Counted from the first letter of the stretch, positions 8,740 through 22,933 are shown. The stretch is 64,000 nucleotides of DNA from Eledone cirrhosa (GCA_964016885.1 OZ024749.1:18786001-18850000); one strand, 5' to 3'. Notes: generated by a model not told the origin, from the sequence alone. Translations and numbers: made by a program.

Positions 8740-11700
8740 TGGCAGTGATGACAGTGATGACAGTGATGGTAGTGATGACAGTGATGGTAGTGATGACAGT
8801 GATGGCAGTGATGGCAGTGATGACAGTGATGGTAGTGATGGTAGTGATGGCAGTGATGGCAGTGATGGTAGTGATGACAGTGATGGCAGTGATGACAGTG
8901 ATGGCAGTGATGAGTGATGACAGTGATGACAGTGATGGCAGTGATGGTAGTGATGACAGTGATGAGTGATGACAGTGATGAGAGTGATGGCAGTGATGGT
9001 AGTGATGACAGTGATGACAGTGATGGTAGTGATGACAGTGATGGCAGTGATTGTAGTGATGACAGTGATGGCAGTGATGACAGCGATGACAGCGATAGTA
9101 GCGATGACAGTGATGACAGTGATGGTAGTGATGGCAGTGATGACAGTGATGGTAGTGATGGTAGTGATGGTAGTGATGGCAGTGATGGTAGTGATGACAG
9201 TGATGGCAGTGATGACAGTGATGGCAGTGATGAGTGATGACAGTGATGACAGTGATGGCAGTGATGGTAGTGATGACAGTGATGAGTGATGACAGTGATG
9301 AGAGTGATGGCAGTGATGGTAGTGATGACAGTGATGACAGTGATGGTAGTGATGACAGTGATGGCAGTGATTGTAGTGATGACAGTGATGGCAGTGATGA
9401 CAGCGATGACAGCGATAGTAGCGATGACAGTGATGACAGTGATGGTAGTGATGGCAGTGATGACAGTGATGGTAGTGATGGTAGTGATGGTAATGATGAC
9501 AGTGATGACATTGATGACAGTGATGGCAGTGATGGTAGTGATGACAGTGATGGCAGTGATGGCAGTGATGACAGTGATGAGAGTGATGGCAGTGATGGCA
9601 GTGATGACAGTGATGGTAGTGATGACAGTGATGAGTGATGACAGTGATGACAGTGATGGCAGTGATGGCAGTGATGGTAGTGATGACAGTGATGACAGTG
9701 ATGGTAGTGATGACAGTGATGGCAGTGATGAGTGATGACAGTGATGACAGTGATGGTAGTGATGACAGTGATGGTAGTGATGACAGTGATGGTAGTGATG
9801 GCAGTGATGACAGTGATGGTAGTGATGACAGTGATAGTAGTGATGACAGTGATGGCAGTGATGACAGTGATGGTAGTGATGACAGTGATGGTAGTGATGA
9901 CAGTGATGGCAGTGATGACAGTGATGGCAGTGATGACAGTGATGACAGTGATGGCAGTGATGGTAGTGATGATAGTGATGGCAGTGATGGTAGTGATGAC
10001 AGTGATGACAGTGATGGCAGTGATGACAGTGATGGCAGTGATGGTAGTGATGGTACTGATGACAGTGATGGTAGTGATGACAGTGATGGTAGTGATGACA
10101 GTGATGGTAGTGATGGCAGTGATGGTAGTGATGACAGTGATGACAGTGATGACAGTGATGACAGTGATGGTAGTGATGACAGAGATGGTAGTGATGACAG
10201 TGATAGCAGTGATGGCAGTGATGACAGTGATGGCAGTGATGACAGTGATGGTAGTGATGACAGTGATTACAGTGATGACAGTGATGGCAGTGATGACAGT
10301 GATGGCAGTGATGACAGTGATGGTAGTGATGACAGTGATGGCAGTGATGGCAGTGATGACAGTGATTACAGTGATGGCAGTGATGGCAGTGATGGCAGTA
10401 ATGGCAGTGATGACAGTGATGTCAGTGATGGTAGTGATGACAGTGATGGCAGTGATGGCAGTGATGACAGTGATGGTAGTGATGGTAGTGATGGTAGTGA
10501 TGGTACTGATGACAGTGATGGCAGTGATGACAGTGATGGTAGTGATGACAGTGATGGCAGTGATGACAGTGATGGTAGTGATGACAGTGATGGCAGTGAT
10601 GGCAGTGATGACAGTGATGACAGTGATGGCAGTGATGGCAGTGATGACAGTGATGGTAGTGATGACAGTGATGGTAGTGATGACATTGATGACAGTGATG
10701 ACAGTGATGGTAGTGATGACAGTGATGACAGTGATGGCAGTGATGGCAGTGATGACAGTGATGACAGTGATGGCAGTGATGGCAGTGATGACAGTGATGG
10801 TAGTGATGACAGTGATGTTAGTGATGACAGTGATGACAGTGATGGTAGTGATGACAGTGATGACAGTGATGGCAGTGATGACAGTGATGGTAGTGATGAC
10901 ATTGATGACAGTGACGGTAGTGATGACAGTGATGGCAGTGATGACAGTGATGACAGTGATGGTAGTGATGGTACTGATGACAGTGATGTTAGTGATGACA
11001 GTGATGACAGTGATGACAGTGATGGTAGTGATGACAGTGATGACAGTGATGGCAGTGATGGCAGTGATGACAGTGATGGTAGTGATGACAGTGATGGTAG
11101 TGATGACAGTGATGACAGTGATGGTAGTGATGACAGTGATGGTAGTGATGGCAGTGATGGTAGTGATGACAGTGATGGTAGTGATGACAGTGATGGCAGT
11201 GATGGTAGTGATGACAGTGATGACAGTGATGGTAGTGATGGTAGTGATGGCAGTGATGACAGTGATGGTAGTGATGACAGTGATGGTAGTGATGACAGTG
11301 ATGGTAGTGATGGTAGTGATGACAGTGATGACAGTGATGGCAGTGATGGTAGTGATGACAGTGATGGTAGTGATGGTAGTGATGACAGTGATGACAGTGA
11401 TGACAGTGATGGTAGTGATGACAGTGATGGCAGTGATGGTAGTGATGACAGTGATGGTAGTGATGACAGTGATGACAGTGATGGTAGTGATGGTAGTGAT
11501 GGAAGTGATGACAGTGATGGCAGTGATGACAGTGATGGTAGTGATGACAGTGATGGTAGTGATGACAGTGAAGGTAGTGATGGTAGTGATGACAGTGATG
11601 ACAGTGATGACAGTGATGGTAGTGATGGCAGTGATGGTAGTGATGACAGTGATGACAGTGATGGCAGTGATGATAGTGATGGTAGTGATGACAGTGATGA

Positions 11701-14700
11701 CAGTGATGGTATTGAAGGTAGTGATGGTACTGATGACAGTGATGGCAGTGATGACAGTGATGGTAGTGATGGCAGTGATGACAGTGATGACAGTGATGGC
11801 AGTGATGATAGTGATGGTAGTGATGGCAGTGATGGTAGTGATGACAGTGATGACAGTGATGGCAGTGATGACAGTGATGGCAGTGATGGCAGTGATGGTA
11901 GTGATGACAGTGATGGCAGTGATGACAGTGATGGTAGTGATGGCAGTGATGGTAGTGATGACAGTGATGGTAGTGATGGCAGTGATGGTAGGGATGACAG
12001 TGATGGTAGTGATGGCAGTGATGACAGTGATGGTAGTGATGGCAGTGATGGTAGTGATGACAGTGATGGTCGTGATGACAGTGATCGTAGTGATGACAGT
12101 GATGACAGTGATGGTAGTGATGACAGTGATGACAGTGATGGTAATGATGACAGCGATGACAGTGATGACAGTGATGGCAGTGATGACAGTGATGGTAGTG
12201 ATGACAGTGATGGTAGTGATGACAGTGATGACAGTGATGGTAGTGATGACAGTGATGGCAGTGATGACAGTGATGGTAGTGATGACAGTGATGGTAGTGA
12301 TGACAGTGATGACAGTGATGGCAGTGATGACAGTGATGGTAGTGATGACAGTGATGACAGTGATGGCAGTGATGACAGTGATGGTAGTGATGACAGTGAT
12401 GACAGTGATGGTAGTGATGACAGTGGTGACAGTGATGACAGTGATGGTAGTGAGGACAGTGATGGTAGTGATGGTAGTGATGGCAGTGATGACAGTGATG
12501 GTAGTGATGGCAGTGATGACAGTGATGATAGTGATGGCAGTGATGGTAGTGATGACATTGATGACAGTGATGACAGTGATGACTGTGATGACAGTGATGG
12601 TAGTGATGACAGTGATGACAGTGATGGTAGTGATGACAGTGATGACAGTGATGGCAGTGATGGTAGTGATGACAGTGATGACAGTGATGGTAGTGATGGT
12701 AGTGATGGCAGTGATGACAGTGATGGTAGTAATGACAGTGATGGTAGTGATGACAGTGATGGTAGTGATGGTAGTGATGACAGTGATGACAGTGATGGCA
12801 GTGATGACAGTGATGACAGTGATGGTAGTGATGACAGTGATGGCAGTGATGGTAGTGATGACAGTGATGGTAGTGATGACAGTGATGACAGTGATGGTAG
12901 TGATGGAAGTGATGACAGTGATGGCAGTGATGACAGTGATGGTAGTGATGACAGTGATGGTAGTGATGACAGTGAAGGTAGTGATGGTAGTGATGACAGT
13001 GATGACAGTGATGACAGTGATGGTAGTGATGGTAGTGATGGCAGTGATGGTAGTGATGACAGTGATGACAGTGATGGCAGTGATGATAGTGATGGTAGTG
13101 ATGACAGTGATGACAGTGATGGTATTGAAGGTAGTGATGGTACTGATGACAGTGATGGCAGTGATGACAGTGATGGTAGTGATGGCAGTGATGACAGTGA
13201 TGACAGTGATGGCAGTGATGATAGTCATGGTAGTGATGGCAGTGATGGTAGTGATGACAGTGATGACAGTGATGGCAGTGATGACAGTGATGGCAGTGAT
13301 GGCAGTGATGGTAGTGATGACAGTGATGGCAGTGATGACAGTGATGGTAGTGATGGCAGTGATGGTAGTGATGACAGTGATGGTAGTGATGGCAGTGATG
13401 GTAGGGATGACAGTGATGGTAGTGATGGCAGTGATGACAGTGATGGCAGTGATGACAGTGATGGTAGTGATGACAGTGATGGTAGTGATGACAGTGATGA
13501 CAGTGATGGCAGTGATGACAGTGATGGTAGTGATGACAGTGATGGCAGTGATGACAGTGATGGTAGTGATGACAGTGATGGTAGTGATGACAGTGATGAC
13601 AGTGATGGCAGTGATGACAGTGATGGTAGTGATGACAGTGATGACAGTGATGGCAGTGATGACAGTGATGGTAGTGATGACAGTGATGACAGTGATGGTA
13701 GTGATGACAGTGGTGACAGTGATGACAGTGATGGTAGTGAGGACAGTGATGGTAGTGATGGTAGTGATGGCAGTGATGACAGTGATGGCAGTGATGACAG
13801 TGATGATAGTGATGGCAGTGATGGTAGTGATGACATTGATGACAGTGATGACAGTGATGACTGTGATGACAGTGATGGTAGTGATGACAGTGATGACAGT
13901 GATGGTAGTGATGACAGTGATGACAGTGATGGCAGTGATGACAGTGATGGTAGTGATGACAGTGATGGCAGTGATGACAGTGATGGTAGTGATGACAGTG
14001 ATGTTAGTGATGACAGTGATGGTAGTGATGACAGTGATGACAGTGATGACAGTGATGACAGTGATGGTAGTGATGACATTTATGACAGTGATGGCAGTGA
14101 TGGAAGTGATGGTAGTGATGACAGTGATGGCAGTGATGGCAGTGATGACAGTGATGACAGTGATGGTAGTGATGACAGTGATGACAGTGATGGTAGTGAT
14201 GGCAGTGATGACAGTGATGACAGTGATGGTAGTGATGACAGTGATGACAGTGATGACAGTGATGAGAGTGATGACAGTGATGGTAGTGATGACAGTGATG
14301 GTAGTGATGACAGTGATGACAGTGATGACAGTGATGGTAGTGATGACAGTGATGACAGTGATGGCAGTGATGACAGTGATGGTAGTGATGACAGTGATGG
14401 TAGTGATGACAGTGATGGTAGTGATGACAGTGATGGCAGTGATGGAAGTGATGGTAGTGATGACAGTGATGACAGTGATGGCAGTGATGGTAGTGATGAC
14501 AGTGATGGCAGTGATGGCAGTGATGACAGTGATGGTAGTGATGGTAGTGATGACAGTGATGGTAGTGATGACAGTGATGGTAGTGATGGTACTGATGACA
14601 GTGATGTTAGTGATGACAGTGATGACAGTGATGACAGTGATGGTAGTGATGACAGTGATGGTAGTGATGACAGTGATGACAGTGATGGCAGTGATGACAG

Positions 14701-17040
14701 TGATGGTAGTGATGACAGTGATGACAGTGATGGCAGTGATGACAGTGATGGTAGTGATGACAGTGATGGCAGTGATGACAGTGATGGTAGTGATGGTACT
14801 GATGACAGTGATGTTAGTGATGGTACTGATGACAGTGATGTTAGTGATGACAGTGATGACAGTGATGGTAGTGATGACAGTGATGACAGTGATGGTAGTG
14901 ATGACAGTGATGGTAGTGATGACATTGATGACAGTGACGGTAGTGATGACAGTGATGGCAGTGATGACAGTGATGACAGTGATGACAGTGATGGTAGTGA
15001 TGGTAGTGATGGTACTGATGACAGTGATGGCAGTGATGACAGTGATGGTAGCGATGACAGTGATGGCAGTGATGACAGTGATGGTAGTGATGGTACTGAT
15101 GACAGTGATGTTAGTGATGACAGTGATGACAGTGATGACAGTGATGGTAGTGATGACAGTGATGACAGTGATGACAGTGATGGTAGTGATGACAGTGATG
15201 ACAGTGATGGTAGTGATGACAGTGATGGTAGTGATGACAGTGATGGTAGTGATGACAGTGATGACAGTGATGACAGTGATGGTAGTGATGACAGTGATGG
15301 TAGTGATGGCAGTGATGGTAGTGATGACAGTGATGACAGTGATGGTAGTGATGACAGTGATGGTAGTGATGACAGTGATGACAGTGATGGTAGTGATGAC
15401 AGTGATGGCAGTGATGGTAGTGATGACAGTGATGACAGTGATGACAGTGATGGTAGTGATGGCAGTGATGGCAGTGATGACAGTGATGGTAGTGATGACA
15501 GTGATGGTAGTGATGACAGTGATGGTAGTGATGGTAGTGATGGCAGTGATGGTAGTGATGGCAGTGATGGTAGTGATGGTAGTGATGACAGTGATGGTAG
15601 TGATGACAGTGATGACAGTGATGGTAGTGATGACAGTGATGGCAGTGATGGTAGTGATGACAGTGATGACAGTGATGACAGTGATGGTAGTGATGGTAGT
15701 GATGACAGTGATGACAGTGATGGCAGTGATGACAGTGATGACAGTGATGGTAGTGATGACAGTGATGGTAGTGATGACAGTGATGACAGTGATGGTAGTG
15801 ATGGTAGTGATGGTAATGATGACAGTGATGGCAGTGATGACAGTGATGGTAGTGATGACAGTGATGGTAGTGATGACAGTGATGGTAGTGATGACAGTGA
15901 TGACAGTGATGGTAGTGATGGTAGTGATGGCAGTGATGGTAGTGATGACAGTGATGACAGTGATGGCAGTGATGGCAGTGATGGTGGTGAAGGTAGTGAT
16001 GGCAGTGATGACAGTGATGACAGTGATGGTAGTGATGGTACTGATGACAGTGATGGCAGTGATGACAGTGATGACAGTGATGGTAGTGATGGCAGTGATG
16101 ACAGTGATGGCAGTGATGACAGTGATGGCAATGATGGTAGAGATGGTAGTGATGACAGTGATGGCAGTGATGACAGTGATGGTAGTGATGGCAGTGATGG
16201 TAGTGATGACAGTGATGGTAGTGATGGCAGTGATGGTAGTGATGACAGTGATGGTAGTGATGACAGTGATGGTAGTGATGACAGTGATGGTAGTGATGGC
16301 AGTGATGACAGTGATGGTAGTGATGGCAGTGATGGTAGTGATGACAGTGATGGTCGTGATGACAGTGATGGTAGTGATGACAGTGATGACAGTGATGGTA
16401 GTGATGACAGTGATGGTAATGATGACAGTGATGACAGTGATGACAGTGATGGCAGTGATGGCAGTGATGACAGTGATGGTAGTGATGACAGTGATGGTAG
16501 TGATGACAGTGATGACAGTGATGACAGTGATGACAGTGATGGTAGTGATGACAGTGATGACAGTGATGACAGTGATGACAGTGATGACAGTGATGGTAGT
16601 GATGACAGTGATGGTAGTGATGACAGTGATGACAGTGATGGTAATGATGACAGTGATGACAGTGATGACAGTGATGGCAGTGATGACAGTGATGACAGTG
16701 ATGGATGACAGTGATGGTAGTGATGACAGTGATGACAGTGATGGCAGTGATGACAGTGATGGTAGTGATGACAGTGATGACAGTGATGGCAGTGATGACA
16801 GTGATGGTAGTGATGACAGTGATGACAGTGATGACAGTGATGGTAGTGATGACAGTGATGACAGTGATGGTAGTGATGACAGTGGTGACAGTGATGGTAG
16901 TGAGGACAGTGATGGTAGTGATGGTAGTGATGGCAGTGATGACAGTGATGGCAGTGATGACAGTGATGATAGTGATGGCAGTGATGGTAGTGATGACAGT
17001 GATGACAGTGATGACAGTGATGACAGTGATGGTAGTGATG
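8740..17040. repeat. 9-bp satellite array 1 (AGTGATGAC / AGTGATGGT / AGTGATGGC), about 8.3 kb
   Basis: Direct reading. Phase is broken by 2-bp deletions (GATGA|GTGAT) near the start and a 5-bp deletion at about 16703. Confidence 0.97.
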
Positions 17041-17125
17041 ACACATATACATACATAGACATATACACATATACACACATATATACACACACATACACAC
17101 ATACATATATATATATACATTCACA

Positions 17126-17167
<42 letters not shown>

Positions 17168-17257
17168 CTACACACATATATATAAACACACTCATGTATA
17201 TACACACATACACAAACATACCCACACACATATATATATATATATACACACATACAC

Positions 17258-17304
<47 letters not shown>

Positions 17305-17368
17305 CATACACACATATACACATACACATATACAAAGATATATATACATACACACACACATATAATAA

Positions 17369-17401
<33 letters not shown>

Positions 17402-17685
17402 TACATACATACATACACACACATACTCATACAAAGACATACATATATAGACACACACATACACACATACATATACGCATATATACACATACATACACAT
17501 CCATGTATGCGTATATACATACAAACACCACCACACGCTCACACAACTCAGACATACATAAATAAAGAGATATACATACACATATATACATATATAAAAA
17601 GAGATACATATACACATATAAATATATACACACGTACACACACACACACACATACATACACATACATACACACATACATATATAT

Positions 17686-17752
<67 letters not shown>
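17041..17752 (-). repeat. (CA)/(TA) mosaic microsatellite; distal 3' tail of the copy-2 PLE, cut off by the satellite
   Basis: 17041-17465 is the reverse complement of about 20618-21068 (and about 1762-2205). It abuts the satellite directly. Confidence 0.75.
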
Positions 17753-17753
<1 letters not shown>

Positions 17754-17834
17754 GTTATTCCGGGTTGAATCGGAGGTAACCACAGTAAGTAAGGTACTCA
17801 ATACGTAGCAGAGTATAACAAGTAAAACGAGTAA

Positions 17835-17889
<55 letters not shown>

Positions 17890-17983
17890 TATAAAAAAAT
17901 AAAGAAATAAAATAAATAAATAAATTAATTAATTGATACACACAGTCAGACAAATATGCACACACATACATATACATATATAT

Positions 17984-18014
<31 letters not shown>

Positions 18015-18048
18015 CATACATATACATATACACATACACACATCAACT

Positions 18049-18094
<46 letters not shown>

Positions 18095-18204
18095 TCACAT
18101 ATACATGCGCACATACGTACATATATACACATACACACATATACACATAGACGTATACATGTGCATACATATACATACACACATATACCCACATAAATAC
18201 ATAG

Positions 18205-18243
<39 letters not shown>

Positions 18244-18536
18244 CATATATATATATATACACACAATCATACACCCTTATTTACATGCGCACATATGTAT
18301 TTTTATACTCACATACAAACACCCAAACATACATACCTACCTACATATACATACATACATCCACGCTTACAAATACAAATAATAATAGGGGGGGGGATTA
18401 TAGTAAATATAGGTTTCAAGAAACATAGAATATTAATCTGCATCTAGATCATAATATGTGTTTACATAGTAGTTTCAGTATTAGGAAATGTAAGAAAGAA
18501 GGCAAAATTATGCATTTTAATATAAGTAGACTATTA

Positions 18537-18895
18537 ATTATAGGTTAACTAAATTAAAGATAGTTAATATATTTATTTCTAAGGTGTATACTACTTAGGT
18601 TTATAATATTTGAAGCGGAATTTTGAAGTTAAATAGTAGTAGAGTATTAATTATAGTATAACTAAATTAAAATTATTAACGTTATGGTATCAATATTAGG
18701 AAATTAATTTAGTAATAGGGAAAAAAACAAATAAAGTATTACATCGGTAGTAGAATATAAATTATAGGTTAACTAAATTAAAAATTATATATTAATTTCT
18801 ATAGTATATGTTAATTAGGTTTATAATAATTAAAACAGATATTGTATTTTATCTATAGTAGAATATAATTATAGGTAAACAGAAATTAAAATTAA
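18537..18895. repeat. Further degenerate AT-rich units of the PLE 3' region
   Basis: TTATAGGTTAACTAAATTAAA...TTAGGTTTATAAT at about 18537-18612 and 18761-18835. Partial copies at about 18640 and 18856. Confidence 0.6.
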
Positions 18896-18906
18896 TACAT
18901 ACACGC

Positions 18907-18991
<85 letters not shown>

Positions 18992-19477
18992 CACATATAT
19001 ACATACATATACATATTTTTTCAAAAATTGCAAAGAATATATTAACTAGGTATACATCCAAAACCTATCTCAGTCTATGATTACATGACACTCTGCAATC
19101 CATCTGTATTAGGATATTAATTTTAAGCCAATTAAATTAAATTTTTAGGTTAACCAAATTTAAAACCAAATTATAAATATATTTCTAAAATGTACATTCA
19201 TTAGGTCTATAATATTAAAAATTATTTCTCTGTCATTGAATACACGATATTTTGTTATATTTTATCTGTAAATGAATTTTAATAAAAGGTTAAATAAATT
19301 AAAATTAATCTATAAATTAATTTACGAAGTATATATTAGTAATATTTAAAAGTTTTTCACAATTTATGATTACACAATATTTTATAATCTCATCTGTAGT
19401 AGAATTTTAATTAAATTAAATTTATAGGTTAACTAACATTTAAATTAAATTATATATTAATTTCTAAAATAATGTTA

Positions 19478-20617
19478 TTAATTAGGTTTATAATATTTAA
19501 ATGTTTTTCTTAGTTTATGATTACACGATATAATTAATTCCTGTCGTTTATTTAATAGGATATCCTTAGATTTCATTATTTCAAATAGTTCTTGGGAACA
19601 TAATCTACATTCATTTCTATTATTTTGATAAGGGGTGGCTCTTTTGAGCACACTCCAGGTCATATCATATTCTATATTCTTATTTTTATAACTATTGATT
19701 TTTTCTGCTAGAGATGTTGTATTAGCCAGTGCGGCATTTTTAAAACTATGTTTGTGGGTATTAAACCTTACCTTAAAATTGTTAGAAGTAGCTCCTATAT
19801 ATGAGCAAATAGAATCTTTAGTTTTAACATTACATTTATAAACTATGTTGTTAACAAGACAATTTCCTTTTAATGGGCAGTTTGCTTTGTTTCTACAGTT
19901 ACAACCTTTCGTTAATTCTGTATTTGAGGAGATATTATGGTTAGTTTGATGTATTGGTGGTATACTTATGGTATTCTTACATTTATATGCATTATAGGCA
20001 CTTATATTTTGTTTTATGTTATTTGTTGTTGAGTATGAGAATTTAACTGTAGACCTATTTAAGATTTGATGGTATTTGTGGTTTGGCGGGAAGTTTTTCT
20101 CTAGGATATAAAAAAAGTTTTTAGCAATATTATCCTTAATTTGTAAATTAAATGGAGCATTATACCAAGTAACTCGTCTATTACGGTTTCTATGTTGTTT
20201 ATTATTTTTATAGGTTGTATCGTGATGTTTACTAGGAGGATTAATGTTAATGATCTCACCACGCACATTTTTAGTTAGATTTGTAGATTTAGGTGTTTTA
20301 TCTTGTTTATTAGGAGTTTTATTATTAACATTTATTAGAGTTGTATGATGAGTAGTTTTTTGAGAGTTACTATACTTTATATTAGAAGAGTTGTTGGTAT
20401 TTTGGGGTATAGTGTGGGTGGCATTTAGGTGTGTACTTTTCATTTGGTGTTTGTTGGTAATATTATGTTGTATGTTTATAGTATTTTTAGTAGAAGGTAT
20501 ATATTCTAATCTATTTTTGTGGCCACTTCTATCTAGAGCTTCGTTATAGAAGGTCGCATTTTTATCAAATACATCTTGGTTAGAAGAAAGGTTAGAAATT
20601 CTAAGTGATATATTATG
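19478..20617 (-). mobile_element. Penelope-like retroelement, 5'-truncated ORF with GIY-YIG endonuclease (copy 2)
   Basis: Protein identical to that of 621..1586, with the same truncation point. Confidence 0.85.
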
Positions 20618-20773
20618 TGTGTATGTGTGTGTGTATATATGTATGTCTTTGTATGAGTATGTGTGTGTATGTATGTATGTATATATATGTGTGTATATAT
20701 ATATATATATTTATTATATGCGTGTGTGTATGTATATATATCTTTGTATATGTGTATGTGTATATGTGTGTAT

Positions 20774-20847
<74 letters not shown>

Positions 20848-20941
20848 GTGTATGTGTATGTGTGTATATATATATATATGTGGGTGGGTATGTATGTGTA
20901 TGTGTGTATATACATGAGTGTGTTTATATATATGTGTGTAG

Positions 20942-20983
<42 letters not shown>

Positions 20984-21181
20984 TGTGAATGTATATATAT
21001 ATATGTATGTGTGTATGTGTGTGTATATATGTGTGTATATGTGTATATGTCTATGTATGTATATGTGTATATGTATGTGTCTCTATATGTATGCGAGTGT
21101 GTATGTGTATTTATATGGTGTGTGTATGTATATGTATGTGTATGTATGTGTTTATGTATATGTGTATGTATATGTATGTGT

Positions 21182-21235
<54 letters not shown>

Positions 21236-21269
21236 GTATGTATATCGATGTATATTTTATATTTTACTT

Positions 21270-21304
<35 letters not shown>

Positions 21305-21899
21305 TTCTTAATATATTTCTTTTTTCTTTTTCTTTTTATTTCTAAATTTATAGATACATTTATAAATAGGCAGTTTGCTGACACCGGTAAATACTGACCT
21401 CTTCCCCCCCCCCCCACCTACTTTCTGTATCTGGATCTAAATATGTGTGGCAGTGTTTATGTGCGCGCATTAATGTCCATATGCTTATGATAATAGTATA
21501 TACACATATATGTGTGTGGGTGTGTGTGTGTGTATGTTCGTGGTTGTGTGTATGTTTATGCGTATACGCGCTTGTGTGTGTGAATGTACGTATATGTGTG
21601 AGTATATGAATGTGTATATATATTTATTTTTATATTTATATGTTTATATGCGTATACGTATTTTATCTGTAGATTATAAACATACAGAGACATTAGCCTT
21701 GAATTTTTGTATTTACATACATCTTTTCGGCATACGTATGCATGTGAACATATATTTTTATGCATATCTGTGAACGAAGTTACTTACATATATACACACA
21801 CCTAACTGTATAAACTTTTTGTGTTTTCATTGGTCAATTTGAACTCTGTTCCCAAACAGACGTGTAATTTTGAATTGTTGTTATTATCAATAAATATAT

Positions 21900-22053
21900 T
21901 TCATTATTTCTGAAGACGGCATATATATGTGTTGGTATGTATATTTAATTTTGATAGTTTGTATAATTTTGTATAATTTTGTACATAGATCTGTTGAATA
22001 TGCATGCCAATTCTAACACATATATATCCTAGAAACGATCGTTAAATAATGAA
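21900..22053 (+). ncRNA. Type I hammerhead ribozyme with long stem II, copy 2
   Basis: Same sequence as 3041-3194 (TTCATTATTT CTGAAGA ... GAAA CGATCGTT AAATAATGAA). Confidence 0.8.
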
Positions 22054-22113
22054 CTTTTTTTGTTTAATATAAGGAACTGTTTCATTGTTTTATTCATTAT
22101 TTTTTTAATATTT

Positions 22114-22163
<50 letters not shown>

Positions 22164-22210
22164 CGTATATATATACATATATATACATATATATATACAT
22201 ATATATATAC

Positions 22211-22243
<33 letters not shown>

Positions 22244-22244
22244 C

Positions 22245-22325
<81 letters not shown>

Positions 22326-22331
22326 TATACA

Positions 22332-22373
<42 letters not shown>

Positions 22374-22461
22374 CATATATATACATATATATATATATAC
22401 ATATATATACATATATATATATATACATATTAATATATATACATATTAATATATATATATA

Positions 22462-22692
22462 TCGACAGTCGATCGACTTTCGTCAAATCGGACCGAGGAA
22501 ACAATGTTTCCGTTGGTCTTTCCAATTGCTAGTACTCTCTGTCGGTCGCAACTCCAGGTAGAAGGAGCAACGTGAAATAAAGTGTCTTGCTCAAGGACAT
22601 AACGCATCGCCCGGTCCGGGAATCGAACTCACAACCTCACGATTAGGAATCCAATTCTCTAACCACTCGGCCACACGCCTTCACACGCCTTC
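22462..22692 (-). mobile_element. tRNA-derived SINE (copy 2)
   Basis: Same sequence as 3571-3801. Confidence 0.85.
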
Positions 22693-22778
22693 ATATATAT
22701 ATATATATATATGCATATATATATACATACATATATACATATATATATATATACATATATATATACATACATATATAC

Positions 22779-22810
<32 letters not shown>

Positions 22811-22836
22811 GCATATATATATACATACATATATAC

Positions 22837-22895
<59 letters not shown>

Positions 22896-22901
22896 CACAT
22901 A

Positions 22902-22933
<32 letters not shown>

